Positions 18,508-27,750 are shown, counted from the stretch's first letter. The stretch is DNA of 64,000 bases from an uncultured Clostridia bacterium (GCA_944383335.1 CALWPD010000002.1:11761-75760); one strand, 5' to 3'. Translations and numbers: made by a program. The notes: a model not told the origin generated them from the letters alone.

Positions 18508-19998
18508 ATGGAAAAAGTTGCGTTAATTGAACTTAATGAAATTGAATTAAAACTCGTGATTATGAATGTAGCACCAGGGGGATATTTTAATGTTTTTGAC
18601 AGAATTGATGAAAATATTCGTTTGGGGCAAAATATTGCTAACGAAGGGTTGGTTTCTGCAGGTAAAATTACCGAAACATTAAATGTTTTAAGAATGTTTA
18701 GAAAAGTTTGTGAAAATAATTCTGTTGACAAAGTCATAAGCGTTTCGACCAGTTTTATAAAAGAAGCCAAAAATCAAAAAAGTTTTTTTGATGAAATTTA
18801 TAACAATACATCATTCACATTTTCAATTTTATCACTTGATGAAGAAATCAAAGCAATATATAATGGCATAGTTAACTTTATCGATGTCCCAAAAGGTGTT
18901 ATTGTGGATGTTGAATCGAGTAACACACATATAATTCATTACAATAGAAGAACTATCCTAAGTATTGCTACATTGCCTTTTGGTGCCGTTAATATGGCAG
19001 ATGGTAAAATTTCATACAATGAAATCATTAAAAAAGTGAAGAGTGAGTATCATCCATCTGAATTACTTACTGCGGCTGATCAAGACTTGATGTTCGTCGG
19101 CACTGGACAAACGATGGTAAGTATTGGAAAACTTGCAAAGCGTGTTGCGCATTATCCACTTGATATAGACAATAATTATGTTGTTTCAACAAAAGTGTTT
19201 AATGCCGTGTTTGATAAAGTTAAAGATCTTGATCTGAACCAAACCATAAAACTTAAGGGCATAAGTGAAGATAGGGCTGACTATCTTGTTTCTGGTATGG
19301 CAGTAGTTAAGGGGATTGTTGACGTTTTGAAAATTCAAAACTTTTCAATATCTTCTGGCGGGTTAGATGAAGGACTTATTTATTCATATGTTGTTCCAGA
19401 AACGAACGATAAACCATTAAGTGATATGCTGGCATATAGTCTTGATAGTATTAGGATATTTTACGATATGGAAAATAGTAACACTCAAAATGTTTACAAT
19501 CTTGCCTTGATACTCTTTAAACAACTAAAAGTTATGCATAAACTTCCAAGAGCATATGTTAAAGCACTTAGAATTGCCTCATCGATGTATGATTGTGGAA
19601 AGCGGATAAACTTTGAGAACAATTCAAAATATAGTTTTGATGTTATCATTAATTCAAGACTTAATGGAGTATCTCATAAAGATCTTTTGTTGGCAGGATT
19701 TGCTTGCAAATGTCAGAACTTAGAGAACATTTCTTTATCAGAATGGGTTAAATATAAAGATATTTTAAATGAAGATGATCTTGATGCAGTTCGAAAGCTC
19801 GGCGTCATAATAAATCTTGCTTCAAAACTTGACAGTTCTAGAAGTGGAAATGTTTATGACATCAGTTGCGATATTTTAGGTGATTCTATAATTATGAAAA
19901 CAATCGTGAAGAATGATGCAAGTTTTGATATTAGGCAAGCAATGAAACTTGCACCAATATTTAAGAAAATACTCAAAAAAAATCTGCAAATCATTTAA
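18508..19998 (+). CDS. Ppx/GppA-family protein with degenerate catalytic motifs
   Basis: 496 aa with Ppx/GppA-like order and spacing: RLG, LSLDEEIKAIYNG, GTGQT, SSGGLDEGL, then an HD-like helical C-terminal half. The DxGSNS, DxGGGS and HD histidine positions are substituted (see findings). Confidence 0.6.
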   Translation: MEKVALIELNEIELKLVIMNVAPGGYFNVFDRIDENIRLGQNIANEGLVSAGKITETLNVLRMFRKVCENNSVDKVISVSTSFIKEAKNQKSFFDEIYNNTSFTFSILSLDEEIKAIYNGIVNFIDVPKGVIVDVESSNTHIIHYNRRTILSIATLPFGAVNMADGKISYNEIIKKVKSEYHPSELLTAADQDLMFVGTGQTMVSIGKLAKRVAHYPLDIDNNYVVSTKVFNAVFDKVKDLDLNQTIKLKGISEDRADYLVSGMAVVKGIVDVLKIQNFSISSGGLDEGLIYSYVVPETNDKPLSDMLAYSLDSIRIFYDMENSNTQNVYNLALILFKQLKVMHKLPRAYVKALRIASSMYDCGKRINFENNSKYSFDVIINSRLNGVSHKDLLLAGFACKCQNLENISLSEWVKYKDILNEDDLDAVRKLGVIINLASKLDSSRSGNVYDISCDILGDSIIMKTIVKNDASFDIRQAMKLAPIFKKILKKNLQII

Positions 19999-20044
19999 AT
20001 CTCATATCGATGATATGAGTTTTATTCTTAAATAAGGAGAAAAT

Positions 20045-21106
20045 ATGAAGAAGAAAATTTTTATTTTATCATTATTTTTGGCATCAAGTTTAATGCTTTG
20101 TGGATGTCTTGATATAGTTACTACAACTAATACAAATGGTATATACACTCAAACTCCATCACAAGTTGTTGAAGAAGTCATAGATAGTGTTGTAACAATT
20201 TCTGTGGTAAATGAACAAACAAATGCACAAATCACTATGGGTAGTGGTGTTTGTATAAGAGATGGGGGATATATAGTAACAAACTATCATGTTATATACA
20301 AAGTTCTGCAAACTAGTGGGCTGAAAATTTATGTGTTTTTAAATGGAGAAAAAGTTGGATACGAATCAGAACTTTTATGGTCAAATGCAAATTTGGATGT
20401 GGCAATAATACATTGTGAAAAAAGCGATATACCATATGTAAATGTGGTTGATAGAGTAATTTCTAGTGAAAATAGGTTAAAACTTTTAGAGCCTGTTATA
20501 GCTATAGGAACTCCATTAGATTTTGCATATCAAAATTCATGTACATTTGGATATGTAAGTGGGCTTGATAGATATTCTGTATCGTCATCATCAGGTGGAC
20601 TTAGTTCTAATGTATATGAAAATCTTATTCAGCACACCGCATCAATTTCAAATGGAAATAGTGGTGGTGGATTATTTGACATGAACGGTTATTTGATTGG
20701 ACTTAATACCTTGGGTTCGGATAACGGCAATGATATGTATTTTGCAGTGCCAATATTTCCTATATTGATTGTTTTGGATGATGTAATTGAGTGTTATGAA
20801 ACTGGAACACAATATCAGTTGCCAACTCTCGGCGTAAGTGTAATTGATAGCATTACTTGCGATATTTATGGTTATGATACAATAACAACCGATGGTCTGT
20901 ATATATCAGAAGTTAATGGCAGTGCTCAGGGGATTGTTGAAGTTGGAGATATTATGGTATCAATATCTAGTTCAAATAACTCATTTTCTATAACTTGTCG
21001 CAATGACCTTATATACGCACTTTTGCAGATGTCAAGCGGAGAAACTGTTACGGTTAAGCTTATAAGAAATAATGAAGAAATAAGTGTGAATGTTACTTTG
21101 TCATAA
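20045..21106 (+). CDS. HtrA/DegP-like trypsin-fold serine protease lipoprotein with C-terminal PDZ
   Basis: Signal peptide with LCG-C lipobox. Catalytic triad contexts TNYHVI, DVAII and GNSGGGLF. PDZ-like C-terminus (LGVSVID...GDIMVSI...). Confidence 0.8.
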   Translation: MKKKIFILSLFLASSLMLCGCLDIVTTTNTNGIYTQTPSQVVEEVIDSVVTISVVNEQTNAQITMGSGVCIRDGGYIVTNYHVIYKVLQTSGLKIYVFLNGEKVGYESELLWSNANLDVAIIHCEKSDIPYVNVVDRVISSENRLKLLEPVIAIGTPLDFAYQNSCTFGYVSGLDRYSVSSSSGGLSSNVYENLIQHTASISNGNSGGGLFDMNGYLIGLNTLGSDNGNDMYFAVPIFPILIVLDDVIECYETGTQYQLPTLGVSVIDSITCDIYGYDTITTDGLYISEVNGSAQGIVEVGDIMVSISSSNNSFSITCRNDLIYALLQMSSGETVTVKLIRNNEEISVNVTLS

Positions 21107-21118
21107 TGTGAGGAAAAG

Positions 21119-22123
21119 ATGCAAACAGTTTTTGGTTTAGATTTTGGCAGTACCTATGTAAACATAGTTAAGCAAGACGAAGGATTAATATTAAGAGAAG
21201 CCAACTTGGTTTCAGTAAAGCGTGCCGAAGACGGATATGTTTTGAAGTGCGTAGGAAATGAATCTTTTAAACTTTTAGGTAAAAATTTTGACAATGTGAT
21301 GACATTTAGTCCGGTTGGATCTGGAGAAATAATTAGTCCAGAATATGCAACGATTTTGTTAAAACAATTATTTGAAAGTGTTCAAATTAAGCCAAGTTTG
21401 TTTAATCATATTAAGCTTGTGCTTTTGACACCAGTTGGTTTGAATGATAACGAGAAACAAAAATATATAGATTTATGCAATTCGGTAAAAATAAAAGATA
21501 TCATTTTGATACCAAATGTAATTGCCTCGGCAATAGGGGAAAACATGAATATTGGTGCAAATAGCGCAAAAATGATTGTAGATATTGGGGGAGGGACCAT
21601 TGATAGTGCAGTTATAAACCTAAATCATATAATTTGTGGTTCTACTCTTGCACTTGGTGGAAGAACGCTTGATAGTTGCATTGTTGAATATATTCAAAGA
21701 AAATATGGTGTTACCATAGGATTAAAAACTGCACAACATTTAAAAGAACACATTGGAAGCTTGTACGAAGGCGATTCTTCAAGTGAAGAAGTTTCTTGTA
21801 TAAACAACTCAACTAAATTGGTTGATACAGTGGTGATTTCTGCACATGATATATTTGATGCAACTTCATTTTTCTTAGATGAAATAGTTCGTATAATAGA
21901 AACAACAATATCAACACTACCTTCGGATATTGCCGTAGATGTTAGAAGAAATGGCATAACAATAACTGGCGGATATTCAAAAATGGTAGGTCTTGAAAAG
22001 TATTTGAGAACTAGATTAAAGATAAATATTCTTATAAGTGATGAAAGCAGTGAGGCTGCTCAAAGCGGTCTTATAAAACTGGTAAATAATGCGACACTGT
22101 TAGACCAAGTGGCTCTAAACTGA
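21119..22123 (+). CDS. MreB/Mbl-like actin homologue (divergent)
   Basis: FGLDFGSTYVN phosphate-1, IPNVIASAIG, VDIGGGTIDSAVI phosphate-2, ITGGYSKMVGL. 334 aa. Sits upstream of minD as mreB does in Bacilli/Clostridia. Confidence 0.7.
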   Translation: MQTVFGLDFGSTYVNIVKQDEGLILREANLVSVKRAEDGYVLKCVGNESFKLLGKNFDNVMTFSPVGSGEIISPEYATILLKQLFESVQIKPSLFNHIKLVLLTPVGLNDNEKQKYIDLCNSVKIKDIILIPNVIASAIGENMNIGANSAKMIVDIGGGTIDSAVINLNHIICGSTLALGGRTLDSCIVEYIQRKYGVTIGLKTAQHLKEHIGSLYEGDSSSEEVSCINNSTKLVDTVVISAHDIFDATSFFLDEIVRIIETTISTLPSDIAVDVRRNGITITGGYSKMVGLEKYLRTRLKINILISDESSEAAQSGLIKLVNNATLLDQVALN

Positions 22124-22212
22124 TATGCAAAAATAGTTTAAAAGGGACATAATAGTACAAAATGTTCCTTTGCTTTTTTTTATATACTCATTAAACTAAA
22201 TTTGAGGTAAAA

Positions 22213-23001
22213 ATGGCAAGAAAAATAGTTTTTACAAGTGGTAAAGGCGGGGTTGGCAAAACCACAGTTTGTGCCAATCTTGGTGCCACTTTATCGAATC
22301 TTGGTTTTAGAGTTTGTATTTTAGATGTTGATATTGGCTTAAATAATCTTGATGTTGTCATGGGTATAGAAAATAAAGTCGTCTTTGATATAATAGATGT
22401 TATTGAAAGCAGATGTCGTGCAAGCCAAGCCCTTGTTCAAGATAAAAATTTTGAAAATTTGTATATTTTACCATCGGCACATTCTTACAGGGGAGAAGAA
22501 GTTTCGGCAAGCGATATACAAAATGTTGTAAAAAATTTAGAAAATAGTTTTGATTATATCTTTATAGATTGTCCGGCAGGCGTGGAACAGGGATTTAAGC
22601 GTGCAGTTTCTAGCGCAAGTGAGGCAGTTGTCGTTGTTACCCCGCATATTTCAAGTATTAGGGATGCTGATAAGGTGCTTTCAATTCTTGCTACATATAA
22701 CTTAAACCAAAAATACTTAGTGGTGAATCGTGTACGTGGAGATCTTATGATGAATGGAGAAATGATAGATGTTGATGAAATTATAAGGTTTTTGCATATA
22801 CCAGTGCTTGGTGTGATACCAGAAGATGACGATATAACAGCACTTTCAAGTGTTGGAGCTCTTGGCGGTAGAGAATCAAATAGGGCATGGATGCTTCTGG
22901 CGGAAAATTTGCATAATGGCACTCAAAAAGTGTTTGACTGCAAACAAAAATACCGTGGGCTCTTTGGTTCTTTTAGGCGAAATATTAAAAGGAAGGTTTG
23001 A
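22213..23001 (+). CDS. minD: septum site-determining ATPase MinD
   Basis: Deviant Walker A SGKGGVGKTT; C-terminal amphipathic tail GLFGSFRRNIKRKV; 262 aa. Confidence 0.95.
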   Translation: MARKIVFTSGKGGVGKTTVCANLGATLSNLGFRVCILDVDIGLNNLDVVMGIENKVVFDIIDVIESRCRASQALVQDKNFENLYILPSAHSYRGEEVSASDIQNVVKNLENSFDYIFIDCPAGVEQGFKRAVSSASEAVVVVTPHISSIRDADKVLSILATYNLNQKYLVVNRVRGDLMMNGEMIDVDEIIRFLHIPVLGVIPEDDDITALSSVGALGGRESNRAWMLLAENLHNGTQKVFDCKQKYRGLFGSFRRNIKRKV

Positions 23002-23002
23002 T

Positions 23003-23242
23003 ATGAAGGTAACTATAGCTCAGATTGGAGAAAATAGGTTAAAGCGAGTTTTGGTGGATGACAAGGAGAACAGTCCAGAGAAACTTTGCGAAGTGTTATC
23101 AAGCGATTTTAAAAATGTGTGCAACTGCTACATGGATGAGCCAAGTGTTGACGTTTCGGCAGATATTACAGATGATGGTATAGAGTTCAATGTTCATATT
23201 AATGCAAAGCGTATAAAATCTATTGGTGTTCTAACTATCTAA
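23003..23242 (+). CDS. minE: cell division topological specificity factor MinE
   Basis: 79 aa starting MKVTIAQIGENRLKRVLVDDK (matches the MinE 'ERLKLVLxHDR' region). ATG lies 1 nt after the minD stop, with GGAAGG SD. The track start at 22850 lies inside minD. Confidence 0.75.
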   Translation: MKVTIAQIGENRLKRVLVDDKENSPEKLCEVLSSDFKNVCNCYMDEPSVDVSADITDDGIEFNVHINAKRIKSIGVLTI

Positions 23243-23283
23243 TTTTTAAAATAAAATATATCGTGGAAACATTTGGCAAAGAT

Positions 23284-23442
23284 ATGCAAATTACATACGC
23301 TAAATCTATTTATCCTATAATTTATTGTCATAAAATTAATGTCGACTTTTTTTGGTCAAAGTGTTTAAGTTTGGCTATTTTTGTAGTTACTTTTTTCATT
23401 TTTTTTAATATATATAGTCTATTAAAAGTGGTGCTTATATGA
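23284..23442 (+). CDS. candidate 52-aa single-TM peptide translationally coupled to spoIVFB (not in ORF track)
   Basis: Hand translation: MQITYAKSIYPIIYCHKINVDFFWSKCLSLAIFVVTFFIFFNIYSLLKVVLI. Its TGA (23440-23442) overlaps the spoIVFB ATG (23439-23441). No clear SD, and the T-rich DNA could produce this ORF by chance. Confidence 0.3.
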   Translation: MQITYAKSIYPIIYCHKINVDFFWSKCLSLAIFVVTFFIFFNIYSLLKVVLI

Positions 23443-24275
23443 AATACAAACTGCATCCACTTTTTGTATTATATCTCATATTTTTAATCATTATTGGGCA
23501 ATTCGAGAGTATATTTGTTTACCTACTCGTTGTTACTTTGCACGAAATGTCGCATAGTTTTGTAGCACATAAACTTGGTTATAAATTAGACAAATTATTA
23601 CTTATGCCTTATGGGGTATGTTTAAATTACAAAACCAATAGTTTTTTGCCAAAGGATGAAATTTTAATTGCAATTAGTGGTCCTTTAATCAATTTATTGT
23701 TTGCCATATCAACCATTGCTCTTTGGTGGATTTTTCCAATAGCTCAAATATATACACAACTTTTTTGTTATGCGAATATTGTGATGTTCGTATTCAATTT
23801 ATTGCCGTGTTATCCACTTGATGGAGGAAGAGTGCTTGCGGGTATAATAACAAAAAAATACAACAGGAAATTGGCAATTAAAATCACAATAATATTCAAC
23901 ATACTTATTTGTATTGTATTTATTTTAACATTTATTTCAGGAATATTTTTCGGAATAATAAATACCAATATATTAATTATTTGTGTTTTTCTATTTTTAG
24001 GCATTCTAGAACCACAGAAGTCCACATCATATGGTTACATCAGTCTTTTTTCAAATAGAAAAAATGTATATAAAAACGGGAATCAAATTAAGTTTACATT
24101 AGTTTGTGGTGATGACCCTATTTATAAAGTGATGGCAAAAATGTCTAAATATAAATTCAACGTTTTTTATGTTTTACTTCAAGATAAAAAAATAAAAATA
24201 ATTTCAGAAATAACTCTTAATAACTTTGCAATAAAATATGGGCCAACAGCAAAAATGGATGAAATATTTATGTAA
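23439..24275 (+). CDS. spoIVFB: M50 site-2 metalloprotease, SpoIVFB-type (pro-sigma-K processing)
   Basis: HEMSHS (HExxH) within a TM helix and NLLPCYPLDGGRV (NxxPxxxLDG). Located directly after minDE, as spoIVF is after minCD in B. subtilis. Confidence 0.75.
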   Translation: MKYKLHPLFVLYLIFLIIIGQFESIFVYLLVVTLHEMSHSFVAHKLGYKLDKLLLMPYGVCLNYKTNSFLPKDEILIAISGPLINLLFAISTIALWWIFPIAQIYTQLFCYANIVMFVFNLLPCYPLDGGRVLAGIITKKYNRKLAIKITIIFNILICIVFILTFISGIFFGIINTNILIICVFLFLGILEPQKSTSYGYISLFSNRKNVYKNGNQIKFTLVCGDDPIYKVMAKMSKYKFNVFYVLLQDKKIKIISEITLNNFAIKYGPTAKMDEIFM

Positions 24276-24294
24276 AAATGCACAAAATACAAAT

Positions 24295-24801
24295 ATGAAG
24301 CAAACGCTTAAATATATTTACCAAAGTTTGTTTGAAAATCTCAAATACGCAGAAACAAAACATAGTATCACAATGACAATAGCATCGGCAGTCATCGCTT
24401 TTGCAAGTACTTATTTTTCAAACAACAAACTCATAAATATATTAGCTAGTGCCACAATTATGCTTGCTTTAATTTCCATAATCTATTCGTTCGTTGCACT
24501 TTTATCACGAAATGTTAAACTTCCCAAAAAAGATTCTCACATTGAAGATACAAACCTTATGAGCTACAGAACAATTAGCAAGTACACAGATATAGGATAT
24601 GTCAAGAAGATTAAAAAAGATTATAAGTTGCCAGCAAATTATATCATAGACGAAATGGATTTAGATTTAGCACGCGAGGTCATATCAATAGCAAAACTTG
24701 TCAGCATTAAGTTTAGTTATTTCAACTTTGCATTGTTCTTTTTATTTTTGAGTATCCTCTGTACAATAGTTGCTGTTTGTATTAGAGGTAATTTGATATG
24801 A
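24295..24801 (+). CDS. hypothetical 3-TM protein (possible DUF5706/Pycsar-effector- or SLATT-like membrane effector)
   Basis: LKYAETKHS helix followed by two TM helices, a charged loop of about 70 aa, then a third TM. ATG 24295 lies 20 nt after the spoIVFB stop; earlier in-frame ATGs overlap spoIVFB. The family resemblance is from memory only. Confidence 0.55.
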   Translation: MKQTLKYIYQSLFENLKYAETKHSITMTIASAVIAFASTYFSNNKLINILASATIMLALISIIYSFVALLSRNVKLPKKDSHIEDTNLMSYRTISKYTDIGYVKKIKKDYKLPANYIIDEMDLDLAREVISIAKLVSIKFSYFNFALFFLFLSILCTIVAVCIRGNLI

Positions 24802-25157
24802 TAGAAGAGTTTACATTTTGGCTTTTAAGCATTGTTGAAGATGATCCAATACCATATGAAATCTCAAGTATTTGCTTTTGTTATACTAAAAATGGAGAAG
24901 CCAAAACTCTATTTATGGGAGGATGTGAATACTCGCCAAGATTGCGTTATCTGTTTGATTATTTTCCACTTGAAGCACAGTTTTTTAATTGTAAAACGCT
25001 GGAAAAATTTTATGACGACAAATACTTTGATAAAATAGTTTGTAATCTAATTGATGAAAGTTTCTCTAATGATATACTAAAAAAAGAATTTTATGGCAAA
25101 AAAATTTACTTTGGCGAATATAAAAGCAAATTAAGCTATCTATTCACAGTTAAATGA
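24798..25157 (+). CDS. hypothetical 119-aa cytoplasmic protein
   Basis: The ATG overlaps the upstream TGA (ATGA, 24798-24801). AGAGG SD 8 nt upstream. No motif recognised. Confidence 0.6.
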   Translation: MIEEFTFWLLSIVEDDPIPYEISSICFCYTKNGEAKTLFMGGCEYSPRLRYLFDYFPLEAQFFNCKTLEKFYDDKYFDKIVCNLIDESFSNDILKKEFYGKKIYFGEYKSKLSYLFTVK

Positions 25158-25212
25158 TTTAAAGTGTTTGTACTTTTTGTAAATATTTGATAAAATACTT
25201 TTGGAGAAATTT

Positions 25213-27345
25213 ATGGAAGTACTAAGAGAATATTCTCAACTTGTTAACAAAACAAAAGCAATTATGTCATATGATATATCTGAAATCCCAATGCTTGACA
25301 AAATGTCTGATTCTGAGCTTAAATACATTGCCAATCATAGCAATTTTACCGATAATATAAAGCTTATTGGCGAACTTGGGGAACTCGTGTTTCAGTTAAA
25401 TAATTACACACCTGCAGTAGTAAATTATATTACCATCTTTCTTTGTGCACATAAATACTATTATGTTATGGAGTTTATTTCCAAACTGTATGCAGGACAC
25501 ATTAGCGGGGCAACATATGTTAGCAAAAGTAAAGACTATAATATTAAAGAAAGATTATTTGATAGATTTATTGAAGTTGTTGAAATAGGAAAGATTCCTG
25601 TGGAATTATATATGCCATTGGTTTTAAGCGCCATATTTGAAGAGAAAAACGAACTTTACTATTGGCATGATATTGCAATGGAATACATGCAAAATTATAT
25701 GCGTGAACATAATGACAAACTTGGCGATTATGTTTTAAATAATAGTCAGTATGAACTTATGTATTTAACACTTATTTTAAATTTTGATACACAAAAGGGG
25801 ATAAGCATAATTTTCAATGACCTGTCTCATAGAAATGTTAGTGAAGAAAATGCAGAGTATTTTTTGAAAAAATATATCAATGATACTTTGGCTTTCTTTG
25901 ACAAATATTTGCCAAAAGAAAAAGAATCGAGATTCCATTACATAAAAGTTCTTTCTGCCATAAAAAACAATGTTGAAATTGAAAGCAGACTTGAAAAAAT
26001 ATACGATGAAGAAAGTGATGCACAGATAAAAGAATATTTATCCAAAAGACTTGGCATAAGTGAAACTTTAACTTTTGGAAGTGAAGCACATTTTGGTGTA
26101 CTTGCAAAAAAGAGAGTTTCTAGGCCTCAACAAAGAACACTTGGTTTGGCGTTTGAGCACTTACCTTTAGAGTTTAAAAGTGGTAAATACGCCAATGATA
26201 TTGAAAAAACTTTTCTCATTGAAGTATTTAAACAAGAAAAAAATCTTTTAAATTTAGCAAGTTTAAAATCACTTTATGATGTTTTTAATAAAGAAAGTTT
26301 AAATGCGTTTGCTGAGAAACTTTTTGATAAACACAGCAAAAGTAAAGATATCCTTTCTAGTAAATGGTGTGTTAGAATGTTTTCGCTTTATTCGGAAGGA
26401 CTATTTGAAAGAAAAATCTATGAGTTTTTAGTAATATTATATAGATTAAATCGTAACAAAGAAGCAAGATATTTAACGCTTTGTCTTATATACAGCCAAA
26501 AGCCTTCGTTTATTCAATTATTTAACAGACTCTGCCAGTTTGAATCGTTTGAAGAGCACATGGAAGAATATGTTGAGATATTTGCTACACAAAACAAGCA
26601 AAGTGTTGAAGAAGTAAAAGATTTGATATTACCAGAGACTCTTTCAGACAAAGAAATTAAAAAAGAGATAAAAAGGCTATATTTAAACTTTATATCTCAT
26701 AGGACATATACGCGTGATTTATTTTCGAAATTATTCATTCAACACAAAGTCTTTAATCAATTCGCAAATAGACTTGTTTTTGGAGAATATAAGCAAAATA
26801 AACTTTATTCAATATTTTTAGTCAAAGATCAAGAAATTGTGTATATTTATGGAAATAAACAAGAGAGTAATGATATTGTAATAAGTCTAGTTCATACACT
26901 CGATTTGGATGATAGATTTGAAAATGTTGACTTAAAGTTAAACAATGCACTTTTTGAACAATTTCGTCAAAGCAGTTTTGATGTGAAAGATTTTAATAGA
27001 GCCAGTATGTCAGTTACCAATTTCTATGGCACTATTGTTGACGGCAGAGAGTTTGTTAAGCGTTTACAACAATCAGGGTTTGTACCGAATGTGAAACAAG
27101 GTGAAGGGCAGTTTATGTCAATGGTTTCTGAAAACAAGATGCTTAACATTTTGGTTGAAATATCTTTCCAAAAGCCTATTACAACTGCTTCCACAGTTGC
27201 AACGCTTGATAGTATTAGGTTTTATAGATTAAGCGAAGTTATGCGTGATCAGGAAAAATATCTCACCATGAAATCGCAAAGCCTTAGCATTGGTGGTGTT
27301 GAAGAACGATTTTTTGATTATATCCTATCATTAATAAAGAACTAA
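25213..27345 (+). CDS. 710-aa helical-repeat protein with a DUF4132-like C-terminal domain
   Basis: GGAG SD 6 nt before ATG 25213. The N-terminal ~500 aa look all-helical. The C-terminal ~190 aa (RLVFGEY...ISLVHTLDL...FEQFRQ...GFVPNVKQGEG...VEISF) match my recollection of the DUF4132 pattern (E. coli YehI/MolR family). Not verified by search. Confidence 0.6.
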   Translation: MEVLREYSQLVNKTKAIMSYDISEIPMLDKMSDSELKYIANHSNFTDNIKLIGELGELVFQLNNYTPAVVNYITIFLCAHKYYYVMEFISKLYAGHISGATYVSKSKDYNIKERLFDRFIEVVEIGKIPVELYMPLVLSAIFEEKNELYYWHDIAMEYMQNYMREHNDKLGDYVLNNSQYELMYLTLILNFDTQKGISIIFNDLSHRNVSEENAEYFLKKYINDTLAFFDKYLPKEKESRFHYIKVLSAIKNNVEIESRLEKIYDEESDAQIKEYLSKRLGISETLTFGSEAHFGVLAKKRVSRPQQRTLGLAFEHLPLEFKSGKYANDIEKTFLIEVFKQEKNLLNLASLKSLYDVFNKESLNAFAEKLFDKHSKSKDILSSKWCVRMFSLYSEGLFERKIYEFLVILYRLNRNKEARYLTLCLIYSQKPSFIQLFNRLCQFESFEEHMEEYVEIFATQNKQSVEEVKDLILPETLSDKEIKKEIKRLYLNFISHRTYTRDLFSKLFIQHKVFNQFANRLVFGEYKQNKLYSIFLVKDQEIVYIYGNKQESNDIVISLVHTLDLDDRFENVDLKLNNALFEQFRQSSFDVKDFNRASMSVTNFYGTIVDGREFVKRLQQSGFVPNVKQGEGQFMSMVSENKMLNILVEISFQKPITTASTVATLDSIRFYRLSEVMRDQEKYLTMKSQSLSIGGVEERFFDYILSLIKN

Positions 27346-27354
27346 ATATTTTTC

Positions 27355-27386
27355 GACCAAAAAAGTGTTTTTTGGTCATTTTTTTT
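27355..27386 (+). terminator. strong rho-independent terminator closing the cassette
   Basis: GACCAAAAAA (27355-27364) / GTG / TTTTTTGGTC (27368-27377), followed by A + T8. Confidence 0.85.
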
Positions 27387-27441
27387 AATATGAATGGGTC
27401 ATAAAGTTTGATATAATATCTTTGTTTCAAGGAGAGATATT

Positions 27442-27744
27442 ATGGAAGGACGAGATATATTAAAATTTATGGCACAGCAAGCAAAAAATAGACTCAGGGG
27501 AAAAGATAGTAGACTAAGGCCAAATGTTAAAACCATTGATGTTAAAGACGATGAAAAACTTTACTATATTGTTAAGAAAACAGTTGATGAAAATTGTATT
27601 AATCCTCTTGCAGAACTTATTGATATAAAGTATTACAAAACTCTTACAAGCGACCAAAAAGAAAGATATTTTTTTAATCTTGCGGATAAGTACAGAAAGT
27701 TAAAACAAAGATATGAACATGAAAAATTAAAGCAAGTTAATTGA
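27442..27744 (+). CDS. hypothetical basic 100-aa protein
   Basis: AAGGAGAG SD. TGaTATAAT extended -10 at 27409-27417. No family recognised. Confidence 0.55.
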   Translation: MEGRDILKFMAQQAKNRLRGKDSRLRPNVKTIDVKDDEKLYYIVKKTVDENCINPLAELIDIKYYKTLTSDQKERYFFNLADKYRKLKQRYEHEKLKQVN

Positions 27745-27750
27745 AAAACT

